Shown: positions 1 to 7,635 of the stretch, one piece after another
How positions within the stretch are numbered: position 1 is the stretch's first letter
Layout of the letters: every line of letters starts with the position of its first letter
Virus record (IMG/VR): IMGVR_UViG_3300035698_006802
Span: 1 to 64,000 of that record
Reading direction: 5' to 3' (one strand)
DNA from: a virus
DNA length: 64,000 bases
Notes under the pieces: generated by a model
What the model was told of the DNA's origin: nothing
What the model saw: only the letters and a program-made list of their open reading frames with translations
The model's database searches: none
Position numbers and translations under genes: made by a program

Positions 1-22
1 CCGCCAAGAGTATGTGTGAAAG

Positions 23-100
23 TGGCGGGATGGACGGGACTTGAACCCGCGACCTTCTGGATGACAACCAGATATCCTAGACCTACTAGACCACCACCCC
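23..100 (-). tRNA. tRNA-Asp(GTC)
   Basis: Cloverleaf on minus strand; anticodon loop TTGTCAT; T-loop GTTCAAG; encoded CCA. Confidence 0.9.
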
Positions 101-105
101 AAAAA

Positions 106-183
106 TGGTCCCCCCGACAGGACTCGAACCTGCGACCCCTCGGTTAAGAGCCGAGTGCTCTGATCCAACTGAGCTACGGAGGG
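106..183 (-). tRNA. tRNA-Lys(CTT)
   Basis: Anticodon arm CTCGG-CTCTTAA-CCGAG; TTCGAGT T-loop; CCA end. Confidence 0.93.
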
Positions 184-258
184 TGGAGCCCCAGGCGGGA
201 GTCGAACCCGCGGCCTCTCCCTTACCGAGGGAGTGCTCTACCGCTGAGCTACAAGGGC
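184..258 (-). tRNA. tRNA-Thr(GGT)
   Basis: Anticodon arm CTCCC-TCGGTAA-GGGAG (C at position 33); CCA end; abuts tRNA-Lys with no spacer. Confidence 0.88.
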
Positions 259-263
259 AAGAT

Positions 264-340
264 TGGAGCGGCTGATGGGCGACGATCCCACTACCTCCGC
301 CTTGGCAAGGCGGTGCTCTACCAACGTGAGCTACAGCCGC
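264..340 (-). tRNA. tRNA-Gly(GCC)
   Basis: Anticodon arm CCGCC-TTGCCAA-GGCGG; atypical T-loop ATCGTCG; CCA end. Confidence 0.88.
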
Positions 341-343
341 AAA

Positions 344-419
344 TGGAGCGGAAAACGAGAATCGAACTCGCAACCCTCGGCTTGGAAGGCCGACGCTCTG
401 CCAATTGAGCTATTTCCGC
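344..419 (-). tRNA. tRNA-Gly(TCC)
   Basis: Anticodon loop CTTCCAA; acceptor stem GCGGAAA/TTTCCGC; CCA end. Confidence 0.93.
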
Positions 420-486
420 TTACTCACTTTCCTTCTAGGAATTCCTTCAGGAGCTGTGCAGACCCTCTGGGAACGAACCCCCTAAG

Positions 487-562
487 TGGAGCGGGCGACC
501 GGACTCGAACCGGCGACAGCTTGCTTGGGAAGCAAGGACTCTACCAACTGAGCTACACCCGC
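487..562 (-). tRNA. tRNA-Gly(CCC)
   Basis: Anticodon loop TTCCCAA; TTCGAGT T-loop; CCA end. Confidence 0.93.
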
Positions 563-745
563 TTAGGTTTCTGGGTCTTCTGGGTCTGAGAAGTCCCAGA
601 GGTCTTCCAGACCCCCCATGTCCTTTATGATTTTGTTGAGGCGATCCGATTCTCGCATGCCTGCTCTACCTTCCCGGGCAATGCGTCTCCGTTCTTTTGG
701 GGTCGTGGATTTGAGCCAGTCCTCGTGTGCTTTGCTATCCTTCAT
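563..745 (-). CDS. hypothetical protein (60 aa)
   Basis: ORF coupled to the upstream ORF; phage-like composition. Confidence 0.55.
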   Translation of the reverse strand: MKDSKAHEDWLKSTTPKERRRIAREGRAGMRESDRLNKIIKDMGGLEDLWDFSDPEDPET

Positions 746-975
746 TAGCCCTGGTCCTCCAGGACCACTCCCCAGGCGGCCTGGAGATTTTCATCCAGGG
801 TGAGGACAGGGTTCATCGGAATGCCGGGAAGTGGCTTTCGAGGGGACACATTGATGAGATCCAACCAGCTGCCTCGCAGCTTGACCTCAACTTGCCCGGT
901 AGCCCGGTTCTTCCTGGCTTTTGCGTTGCCTTCGTTGTCCTTGTCGAAGTATTCGTAGGTCACGATGCCCTCCAT
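745..975 (-). CDS. hypothetical protein
   Basis: Likely start MEGIVTY at 975; stop overlaps next start. Confidence 0.55.
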   Translation of the reverse strand: MEGIVTYEYFDKDNEGNAKARKNRATGQVEVKLRGSWLDLINVSPRKPLPGIPMNPVLTLDENLQAAWGVVLEDQG

Positions 976-1027
976 AACGCCCCTATAGTACCCGTAAAGT
1001 AGTCGCAACCTCCCCACGGGCACTAAA

Positions 1028-1594
1028 ATGACTTTCTCAGAAGCCTTCGAAACAGCGTCCACGGATGAAGAGCGTGCTCTCGTTGTCCAGGATGAGCGGA
1101 GGGAAGTCAATCGGTCGCAGAGCAAAGTGATTGAGCTGGCACCTCAATTGAAGCAGCCCACATGGCGCACCCGGCTCTGGAGGTCTATGATTACGGACAC
1201 AGAGAGCGGTGAGACCGTCCTGTTTGCTCTCAGTGTGTTTTGGTGCATCCTCCTGTTCTCTGACCAGAGTTCGTTTGAAACCTCTCCGGGCCTCTATGGT
1301 GGGATGCAGGCAGCAGCTTCCGAGTGGGTCTGGGCTTCCCTTCTTTCTGTTGGGACCGTCTGTCTAGCTCTCGGGCTTCTCACAGACAGGGCAGATGTTC
1401 GTGGGCACGGTCTGTTGTTCCTTGGTGCTACTTGGGGTGTTGCCGCTATTTCCCAGCTAGACTCTGATGTGTTCTCTGCTACGCCTGCGGTCATGGCAGT
1501 GATGGCACTCTGGTTCTACTTCACCCCCCGTCAGGGGGAATCCCAACAGGCAGGGCGGTGGCTGAACTCCTTGAAATCTTGGCTCCATATCTAA
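1028..1594 (+). CDS. multi-pass membrane protein (holin-like candidate)
   Basis: About 4 hydrophobic helices in the C-terminal two-thirds. Confidence 0.6.
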   Translation: MTFSEAFETASTDEERALVVQDERREVNRSQSKVIELAPQLKQPTWRTRLWRSMITDTESGETVLFALSVFWCILLFSDQSSFETSPGLYGGMQAAASEWVWASLLSVGTVCLALGLLTDRADVRGHGLLFLGATWGVAAISQLDSDVFSATPAVMAVMALWFYFTPRQGESQQAGRWLNSLKSWLHI

Positions 1595-2031
1595 AGGACC
1601 ATCTCACTGCCGCGATTCTGTTTGAACTGCTCGTATTGATCCTGGTTTTCTGGGTCGTGCGGGGAATCGGACAGTACCTGTTGCAGTGGTATCAGGCACG
1701 CACTGCTGCTGGCAGCGGTGTCGAGGAGACTGTCCGCAAGTACTACGACAACCTGTCGGAGCGGAATCAGGAGCTGTCCAGGAAGTACGGAGAGGTGTCG
1801 GAGAAGTTGGAGGCGAGTCTTCAGCTTTGCCATGATCTGCGGGATAAGAAAGGGAATCTCCGAAACAACTTCCGCATCAAGTACAACCAAAGCCTCGGAG
1901 AGATCCGGTATGCTGTGCAGCATCACCGGGAAGGGTGTGACATCGAACCTTGCCTGTTGAGGGAGCACATCTTGGATGTGGTTGAAGGGGTTCGTGACGA
2001 TCTCGATACGCAGGAGGAAGACAAGCCATGA
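1558..2031 (+). CDS. membrane-anchored coiled-coil protein
   Basis: One N-terminal TM segment followed by a coiled-coil-like region. Confidence 0.6.
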   Translation: MAELLEILAPYLKDHLTAAILFELLVLILVFWVVRGIGQYLLQWYQARTAAGSGVEETVRKYYDNLSERNQELSRKYGEVSEKLEASLQLCHDLRDKKGNLRNNFRIKYNQSLGEIRYAVQHHREGCDIEPCLLREHILDVVEGVRDDLDTQEEDKP

Positions 2032-2261
2032 TGTACGGTGCAATTGGCGTCCCCCACTTGCAGCCCTCTGATGGCAAGTGGAGAGGCTTTGCGAAAACAT
2101 GGGCCCTGGCGGGGATGTTCTTCCCGAACAGGGGTCTCCTGGTGAGTTTCGGGATGAGCCGCCTACGCCCGGTGCTGGGCATCTTCCCCTATGGGTTCTA
2201 TGTCGGGACCGCTGGGGGAATCTTCGTGCTCGGGTTCCCTCACAAGGATCTTCTCCCCTGA
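2028..2261 (+). CDS. small hypothetical protein
   Basis: ATGA overlap with the previous gene. Confidence 0.45.
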   Translation: MMYGAIGVPHLQPSDGKWRGFAKTWALAGMFFPNRGLLVSFGMSRLRPVLGIFPYGFYVGTAGGIFVLGFPHKDLLP

Positions 2262-2264
2262 ATG

Positions 2265-2341
2265 TGGGGTGATCGACGGGGCTTGAACCCGCTTTAACCA
2301 GGACCACAACCTGGTGCCTCGACCTCTTCGGCATCGACCAC
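2265..2341 (-). tRNA. tRNA-His(GTG)
   Basis: Anticodon arm CCAGG-TTGTGGT-CCTGG; C73 and CCA; no genomic G at -1. Confidence 0.85.
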
Positions 2342-2352
2342 AGCGTGTTGAC

Positions 2353-2408
2353 GATGGGGCGAGGGGCTCGACCCCCCACCAGAAGGGAGCCCAACTCGCC
2401 GTTTCATC
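2353..2408 (-). pseudogene. possible degenerate tRNA-like hairpin
   Basis: T-arm-like GGGGG-GTCGAGC-CCCTC and GATG/CATC end pairing; no clear D arm or anticodon arm. Confidence 0.25.
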
Positions 2409-2416
2409 AGAAATGA

Positions 2417-2493
2417 TGGCGCCCCCAGCAGGACTCGAACCTGCGGCCCCTTGCTCCGGAGGCAAGTGCTCTAATCCACTGAGCTATGGGGGC
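2417..2493 (-). tRNA. tRNA-Arg(CCG)
   Basis: Anticodon loop CTCCGGA; canonical arms; CCA end. Confidence 0.93.
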
Positions 2494-2498
2494 GGATG

Positions 2499-2558
2499 GG
2501 CCGAGAACACGATACACAGATAGGGTCTGACGCCACTCTGGCGCATCATGTCTCGGCC
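2499..2558 (-). ncRNA. structured RNA element between the two Arg tRNAs
   Basis: GGCCGAGA/TCTCGGCC closing stem, CATGAT/ATCGTG stem and two internal hairpins. Confidence 0.35.
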
Positions 2559-2638
2559 GTTTAAGCCATACATATTCGTGATGTCAAAGAGTTTTCCTGC
2601 CTTTCCTCGGGTGGCCGCCCTTGGGAAGGTGGGAAATA

Positions 2639-2714
2639 TGGCACGCTCGGAGGGGTTCGAACCCACGACCTTCTGGTCCGTAGCCAGACGCTCTGTCCAC
2701 TGAGCTACGAGCGC
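2639..2714 (-). tRNA. tRNA-Arg(ACG)
   Basis: Anticodon loop CTACGGA; TTCGAAC T-loop; CCA end. Confidence 0.93.
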
Positions 2715-2735
2715 GTGTGAGATTTTTCTGTTCCC

Positions 2736-2779
2736 GAAACAGCGAAGCCCCCGGCTCCTTTTGGGGGCCGGGGGCTTCG
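2736..2779 (-). terminator. intrinsic terminator / attenuator hairpin upstream of the tRNA cluster
   Basis: Perfect 13-bp inverted repeat (2743-2755 / 2767-2779) followed on the minus strand by CTGTTTC. Confidence 0.7.
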
Positions 2780-2799
2780 TTCGGGGGTTTCGTTTCCTT

Positions 2800-2937
2800 C
2801 TACCCCTTGTGCCTCCCGACCCTTCCGGTATCCACCGGCTGACCGCCTCCGCGCTTTGCAATCCGCTCATCACAGACCACTGCGCGGGCAATGGCGGGCA
2901 TTGCGGTCGCAGGATTGTAATGATGGATGGCGTACAC
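2800..2937 (-). CDS. putative 45-aa attenuator leader peptide (MYAIHHYNPATAMPAIARAVVCDERIAKRGGGQPVDTGRVGRHKG)
   Basis: GGAG RBS 9 nt before GTG; TAG stop 20 nt before the terminator; below the ORF-track size cutoff. Confidence 0.55.
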   Translation of the reverse strand: MYAIHHYNPATAMPAIARAVVCDERIAKRGGGQPVDTGRVGRHKG

Positions 2938-3160
2938 GGTGTAGATCTCCGGGGGCTCATCTTCCGAGCCGGTGCCATATGATTACCCCCCTCGCGGAGG
3001 GCTGTAAAGCAGTTCGGAAAACTTTTCTGTGAAGTGGGGGTTGAACGGGGGCTTTTAGTGGGGTGTTGTGGAAGGGGTGTGGCGGGCACCCTGCGGTGCG
3101 CGGAGTGCTGGGGCCGGGAGAAGGTCACGGTGTAGGAAGCTCCCTTGGACCCAGGAACGT

Positions 3161-3433
3161 TCTTGCACCCGTTGGGATCGGCAATCCAGGAATAGGTCAA
3201 GGATACCCCTTCGTCACTCCCCGACGTCCCAAGCCCCGATGTCTTTGAGGGCATTGCCCGTGAGCACGGCATCGGGGCCGGGGTCTTCAATGGGGGTCTT
3301 CAAATGGGGGTCTTCAATGGGGGTCCTCAGCCAGTGGCGAACAGCCCTGACACCTTCACGCAGCCCGCTCCAGAACCAGTCTGGGGGTTCACCCTCTTGC
3401 ACCCGTTGGGATCGGCAATCCAGGAACAGGTCA
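3161..3433. repeat. 39-nt direct repeat (3161-3199 / 3395-3433, 1 mismatch) plus short GGGGGTCTTCAAT tandem units at ~3280-3329
   Basis: Direct sequence comparison. Confidence 0.85.
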
Positions 3434-3678
3434 GAGCGCAGGTAGTTCATGAGAGGATCAGGGTAAGGGAAGAAGCCATCCTCCGGCTCCCCTTGCTCCT
3501 TAACCCATGCCTCTTGCCATTCCCCAGCCCTGTCTGTTGCTTCGAAGGCTGCCTTGAGGCTGCCCCAATGCGTGTAGGCATTGAAAGTGTGGGCAAAATT
3601 CCACAACTCCCAATTCTCTGCTGTGTCCGGATCCGGGACCATCTCTAGGGTCAGGTCCTCAGAGGGGATGTGTTCCAT
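3214..3678 (-). CDS. hypothetical protein
   Basis: ORF with RBS-like AGAGG upstream. Confidence 0.6.
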   Translation of the reverse strand: MEHIPSEDLTLEMVPDPDTAENWELWNFAHTFNAYTHWGSLKAAFEATDRAGEWQEAWVKEQGEPEDGFFPYPDPLMNYLRSDLFLDCRSQRVQEGEPPDWFWSGLREGVRAVRHWLRTPIEDPHLKTPIEDPGPDAVLTGNALKDIGAWDVGE

Positions 3679-3688
3679 GGTGCTGCCT

Positions 3689-4099
3689 CTAGCCGGGGTC
3701 TACGTCGGACACCTTGAGGCTGGCGGTGACCTTGCCCTTGCAGGTGATCGTGGTCTGCGCCTTGAGAGCTGCAGCCTGCTTCTCTGCCTTTTTCTGAGCT
3801 GCCTTTGCCAAGCCGGGGTCAAGGGTGTCTGCCATGGCAATGATCTTGTCGAGATCGATGCCCACAGCACCAGCAGCCTGTGACATCTTCTCGTTCTCTG
3901 CCAGGAGAACTGCGATGATGTTCCAGGGCTTGGCCTTGTTCACGGCCTTCTGGTCGTAGTCTGCTCCGATGCGAACGGTGCCCTCAACGTGGCAGTCGAA
4001 GTTCACGTCGTACTCGCCGGGCTCCAATTCCTTCCGAGCGGTCTTGGCAGTTGCGGTCTTGATCGCCTTTGTGATGGCGAGGGTTTCGATGTCGAGCAT
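3689..4099 (-). CDS. hypothetical protein (Ala/Lys-rich)
   Basis: Strong codon bias; AGGAG RBS; preceded by a promoter-motif variant. Confidence 0.75.
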   Translation of the reverse strand: MLDIETLAITKAIKTATAKTARKELEPGEYDVNFDCHVEGTVRIGADYDQKAVNKAKPWNIIAVLLAENEKMSQAAGAVGIDLDKIIAMADTLDPGLAKAAQKKAEKQAAALKAQTTITCKGKVTASLKVSDVDPG

Positions 4100-4122
4100 T
4101 GGAGTCTCCTAGGGTTCATCCC

Positions 4123-4152
4123 CTACTTACGCCTGGGGTTCAAACTTGAGCC
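4123..4152 (-). promoter_or_regulatory. class I promoter motif, variant (GGCTCAA-N13-GCGTAAGTAG)
   Basis: Same TCAA-to-GCGTA spacing as the six near-identical copies. Confidence 0.55.
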
Positions 4153-4164
4153 CCCCTGGGGCAT

Positions 4165-4407
4165 TTACCTGTCTAGGATCTCCCGCAGCCTGTTGACCTC
4201 GTGTTCGGATCGGTGCTCCTCCCAGAAGGCCCAGGCATCGATCCCCAGGTCTTTGGCAACGGATATCACGTGGGCGACTTCCTCAGGGAGGATGGTGTTC
4301 CGGTCACCATCATCAATGATTCCGATGACACAGGAGGGGTCATCCGCCACTGCTTCAAGGAAGCTGTTGAACAGGCCTGTGAGGAGATCCTGTGTGTCTT
4401 TCTTCAT
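4165..4407 (-). CDS. hypothetical protein
   Basis: ORF coupled to upstream gene. Confidence 0.6.
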   Translation of the reverse strand: MKKDTQDLLTGLFNSFLEAVADDPSCVIGIIDDGDRNTILPEEVAHVISVAKDLGIDAWAFWEEHRSEHEVNRLREILDR

Positions 4408-4823
4408 CGCTGCACCTGGTGTGAGAGAGGTATGACTCTGCCGGCTCCAGTGGGTGGGCGGAACATCAGAGATCGTTGGAGGGGGTGGTGTTGAAACCCA
4501 TGCTTTTCATAGAAGGCGTACAACATTGCATTCGTGTACCCGGGGTATGGGAGTGCTTCTAACACCGCCCAAAAACCCTTCTCATCGAAATGTTGGAGAA
4601 TGGGCTCTAACACAGCAGACCCTCCCCCTTCACCCCGGGGTTCAGAAACCACCCTGGAGAATCGAAATGTCTTGTTGAGTGGGATCCGCAAGGGGACCCC
4701 ATATTCCGAAGGGGGGTAGCCACACAGTTCAGCACTTGCTGATGCCCTGCTGAACTGTTGGGACCCCTGGGCATTAGCAGAAATGCAATGCTCTGCACTG
4801 TGTAGCTTCACGTCCCATTTCAT
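4404..4823 (-). CDS. GNAT-family acetyltransferase-like protein
   Basis: Motif A-like RGEGGGSAVL and C-terminal FYEKHGF. Confidence 0.6.
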   Translation of the reverse strand: MKWDVKLHSAEHCISANAQGSQQFSRASASAELCGYPPSEYGVPLRIPLNKTFRFSRVVSEPRGEGGGSAVLEPILQHFDEKGFWAVLEALPYPGYTNAMLYAFYEKHGFQHHPLQRSLMFRPPTGAGRVIPLSHQVQR

Positions 4824-5392
4824 TCTGCCTCGTTCCCGAAGGGGGGTCTCCAGGTCTTCTCAGCCATGAGGGCCTTGACCTGCTCGTAGGAGTATGGGGT
4901 TGCAAAGGGTGTTGCCGTGTCCACCCCCACATCCATCGATCTGGAGCAGGGGTCATCTGGAAGTGCCCCATGGGAGTGCCCGTAGAGCTGCCAGGAGCCA
5001 TAATGCTTGCTGTTCCAGGTTCTCATGGCGTAGTGGCACATGACGATGAGTTGCTGCCCTGCGGGGGCATCTTCGTCAGGGACACGAATCTCCAGGATAT
5101 CAGAGATCGAGGCAAACCGGGTCCGACAGGCAGGCTTGAGTGCTATCTTGTCGTGGTTGCCTCGAATGAAATGGATGGTCCCATTGAGTCTGTCGAGGAT
5201 GGCACGCATCGACTTCGGGTTCCCCCACACGATGTCGCCCAGGTGGTACACGGTGTCTTCGGGCTCCACAACAGCATTCCACGCAGCAACCATGGCCTTG
5301 TTCATCTCGTGAACTTCCGTGAAGGGTCTCTTGGTGTAGGTCATGATGTTCTTGTGGCCACAGTGGTGGTCCGAGGTGAAGAAAATAGCCAT
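4820..5392 (-). CDS. calcineurin-like metallophosphoesterase
   Basis: SDHH, LGD, GNHD, CHY and GHSH motifs. Confidence 0.9.
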   Translation of the reverse strand: MAIFFTSDHHCGHKNIMTYTKRPFTEVHEMNKAMVAAWNAVVEPEDTVYHLGDIVWGNPKSMRAILDRLNGTIHFIRGNHDKIALKPACRTRFASISDILEIRVPDEDAPAGQQLIVMCHYAMRTWNSKHYGSWQLYGHSHGALPDDPCSRSMDVGVDTATPFATPYSYEQVKALMAEKTWRPPFGNEAE

Positions 5393-5802
5393 TAGTACAG
5401 CATCTCACTGGTGAGGCCCGAGGCCTTGTAGGAAATCTGACCTGCCCGGAAAGCGATCCTGGCCGCCTCGGGTCGTCGCACGAAGCGTCCTGTACTCGTG
5501 AGGAATCCCTGGTAACGCCCTTGGAGCACTTCTTCCCCGATGTCATCCTGTTCTTCTTGGGTCAGCCGTTCTGCCCAGGCATTGAGTGTCACATAGCAGT
5601 CGCTGTGTCTCCATCCGGTGAACACGAGTCCGGTCTTGGGGTAGCCCTCTGACATCCGTGGGGTGTGCTGGTGCAACCGGGCGTGGGCACGGGCCGGCTT
5701 TCGGAACATGGCACGAACCCACACACCGAAAATCGGGATTGCCGCGAGACCCTGTGCAATCCAGAGCCATTCCCCGTGGCAGTTGTAGAAAAGATGCTCC
5801 AT
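5392..5802 (-). CDS. phage hypothetical protein
   Basis: C-terminal QGFLTSTGRFVxRxEA...LTSE motif resembling a common phage family; N-terminal hydrophobic stretch. Confidence 0.6.
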   Translation of the reverse strand: MEHLFYNCHGEWLWIAQGLAAIPIFGVWVRAMFRKPARAHARLHQHTPRMSEGYPKTGLVFTGWRHSDCYVTLNAWAERLTQEEQDDIGEEVLQGRYQGFLTSTGRFVRRPEAARIAFRAGQISYKASGLTSEMLY

Positions 5803-5804
5803 GA

Positions 5805-6137
5805 CTATTCCCCCCAAGCGGAACCTTTTGATTCCCGGTGTTTGTCCACACTAAGCCAGCGGCCTTCCTCAACTCGGTATCCCGCCATGACCGTCCGAGT
5901 GTAGACATCACCGGGACGGATCTCCTGGGGAGTTCCCTGGAGGTGAATCTTGCGGGCAACGTGCTTTGTTGCGGTGTGCAGGGTCGTGATGCGGTCACCT
6001 GTTGTGCGGGAATCATCTTCCCCACCTTCGTTTGATGTCTCACACTCGCAATCAGGAATGCCTGTGTCAGACCATCCCCGGAAGCCGCAAGTGTGGCATC
6101 GCACGATCTGGTAGCCATGATCATCTGCCCAAGACAT
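5805..6137 (-). CDS. Cys-rich (Zn-finger-like) hypothetical protein
   Basis: CxxC...CxC; AAGGAG RBS; directly after a class I promoter. Confidence 0.65.
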   Translation of the reverse strand: MSWADDHGYQIVRCHTCGFRGWSDTGIPDCECETSNEGGEDDSRTTGDRITTLHTATKHVARKIHLQGTPQEIRPGDVYTRTVMAGYRVEEGRWLSVDKHRESKGSAWGE

Positions 6138-6153
6138 TGTCTCTCCTTCACTT

Positions 6154-6183
6154 CTACTACGCGGCTGCGGGCAAATTGAAACC
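6154..6183 (-). promoter_or_regulatory. class I promoter motif GGTTTCAA-N11-CCGCGTAGTAG
   Basis: Conserved motif with fixed spacing upstream of a gene start. Confidence 0.8.
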
Positions 6184-6184
6184 C

Positions 6185-6787
6185 CTAGCAGCGGCACAAT
6201 CGGGGCCCATACCCCAGGCTGATGCTACCCGGAACAGTGAGCTTGCGACCGCAGGCTCCACAGCGACCTTCATGCCAAAACTCGATCTGTTCAGGAAGTG
6301 CTGTCTTCGAGGACAGGTGGTTGTTCCAGAGCCATGCGAACACCTTCTGCTTCATGTCGATGTAGGCGATGGTGGACATTTGGATCTTGTGCTCTGCCAG
6401 ATTTTTGCGGAGGCAGTTCTCCTGGCGTGCTGTCAGGCCTTTCTCCTTCTGGAACCTCTGGAGGACGGACTTGCAGAATCCCTGAAGCCAACCATCCTTT
6501 TCCTCTGTGGCAGCTGCCAGAAGCTCACCGGCTGCGACGGGCAGACCTCGGAAGTGGTACTCACCCTTTCGGATGGTGCCCATCACCGAGTAGTGGGCCT
6601 TCGTGGAGTTGTCAGATCCGGTGAAGGCACGAACCTCGAACAGGTCCTCCCCTTCTTCTCCTGCAGAGTCCACGCGGTAGGTGACGCGGTTGCCGGTCTC
6701 GGTGTTCATCACGGTGAAGATTGCACGCCCTGCCAGAATGAAAGTGGCGGCGTGGTCGATGTCTTCGATGAGGTGACTGTGAGCCAT
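6185..6787 (-). CDS. DUF6011-like Zn-finger protein
   Basis: C-terminal CGACGRKLTVPGSISLGYGP motif. Confidence 0.7.
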   Translation of the reverse strand: MAHSHLIEDIDHAATFILAGRAIFTVMNTETGNRVTYRVDSAGEEGEDLFEVRAFTGSDNSTKAHYSVMGTIRKGEYHFRGLPVAAGELLAAATEEKDGWLQGFCKSVLQRFQKEKGLTARQENCLRKNLAEHKIQMSTIAYIDMKQKVFAWLWNNHLSSKTALPEQIEFWHEGRCGACGRKLTVPGSISLGYGPRLCRC

Positions 6788-6800
6788 GGTCTCTCCACCC

Positions 6801-6830
6801 CTACTACGCGGATCCGGAGAGGTTGAAACC
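6801..6830 (-). promoter_or_regulatory. class I promoter motif
   Basis: Plus strand reads CTACTACGCGG-N11-TTGAAACC. Confidence 0.8.
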
Positions 6831-6846
6831 TAAATCCTGCACAATC

Positions 6847-7167
6847 TCATCTGCGGTACCCGGGCTTGCTCTGGACTTCGCGGAGTCGGGTGGTGGGGTT
6901 CAGGAGGACAGCTCCCTGAATCTCGAATCGCTCTCCAGTGAATGGATCCGTCCCCCTTGTGTGCCAGAGGAATAGAGGCCAGTCGGGATGTTCCAATGCT
7001 CTTGCCAGGAGGTACACATTCCTGCCCCTGAGCCGCTGCTGTCTGTGTTGCAGCCTTCGTATAAGGGTAGCCATCGAGTATGGGTGGACGGTGTAGTAGA
7101 CGCCTTCAGCGTCTCGTGTGGGCCTGTAGATTGTTCCCGGTGTAGCTTCGGATGCAGTGATTGCCAT
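6847..7167 (-). CDS. hypothetical protein
   Basis: GGAGG RBS before MAITASE. Confidence 0.6.
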   Translation of the reverse strand: MAITASEATPGTIYRPTRDAEGVYYTVHPYSMATLIRRLQHRQQRLRGRNVYLLARALEHPDWPLFLWHTRGTDPFTGERFEIQGAVLLNPTTRLREVQSKPGYRR

Positions 7168-7210
7168 TGGCGACCTCCGCATACAATCTAACACCGGAAA
7201 AACCAGCTAC

Positions 7211-7249
7211 AAACTCTACTCTCGGGAGACGTACCCGAAAGTAGAGTTT
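7211..7249. repeat. 16-bp inverted repeat (terminator or operator)
   Basis: AAACTCTACTCTCGGG-N7-CCCGAAAGTAGAGTTT, 1 mismatch; intergenic, downstream of the XRE gene. Confidence 0.65.
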
Positions 7250-7308
7250 CAACCGTGGTTGTAGCCACCCGTTACGGGGTTTCTAGCGTCCAACCAAACT
7301 TTCTTGAT

Positions 7309-7635
7309 CTACCAAAGGAAGATCACGTGGTTTTCCGACCCATCTGGGTTGACCACGATGATTTTGGACCCCTTTTCTACCGCGTTCCTCACATAACGGT
7401 AGAGCCGAACGGCTTTGCGAACATCCTCATGGGAGAGGACATCGAGGCCTTTCTTTTGACCCAGGAAAGCTCGGATCCTGTTGACCGTATCTTGGGGTGG
7501 GTTCTTCACCTTGCCCTGGAGCAGGCGTGAGATCACAGACTGGCTCAAGCCTGTAATCTTCGCCACATCGGTCTGTGTGAACCCATCGGTCTCCATGACT
7601 GCCCGGAGCTGGGCTTGTATTTCTTCGTTCGTCAC
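7309..7635 (-). CDS. XRE/Cro-C1-type HTH transcriptional regulator
   Basis: TQTDVAKITGLSQSVISRLLQG HTH; GTG start overlaps upstream TGA. Confidence 0.85.
   Translation of the reverse strand: MTNEEIQAQLRAVMETDGFTQTDVAKITGLSQSVISRLLQGKVKNPPQDTVNRIRAFLGQKKGLDVLSHEDVRKAVRLYRYVRNAVEKGSKIIVVNPDGSENHVIFLW

Noticed and set aside
86-589. ORFs 86-373 and 263-589
   Set aside because: They overlap tRNA genes and are spurious
2400-2412. Hammerhead ribozyme (CTGATGA on minus strand)
   Set aside because: No stem II followed by GAAA in the required arrangement
2484-3290. 268-aa minus-strand ORF
   Set aside because: Runs through a tRNA and the terminator; no protein-like features
3161-3433. Diversity-generating retroelement TR/VR pair
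   Set aside because: Only 39 nt with a single mismatch, and no reverse transcriptase in the window
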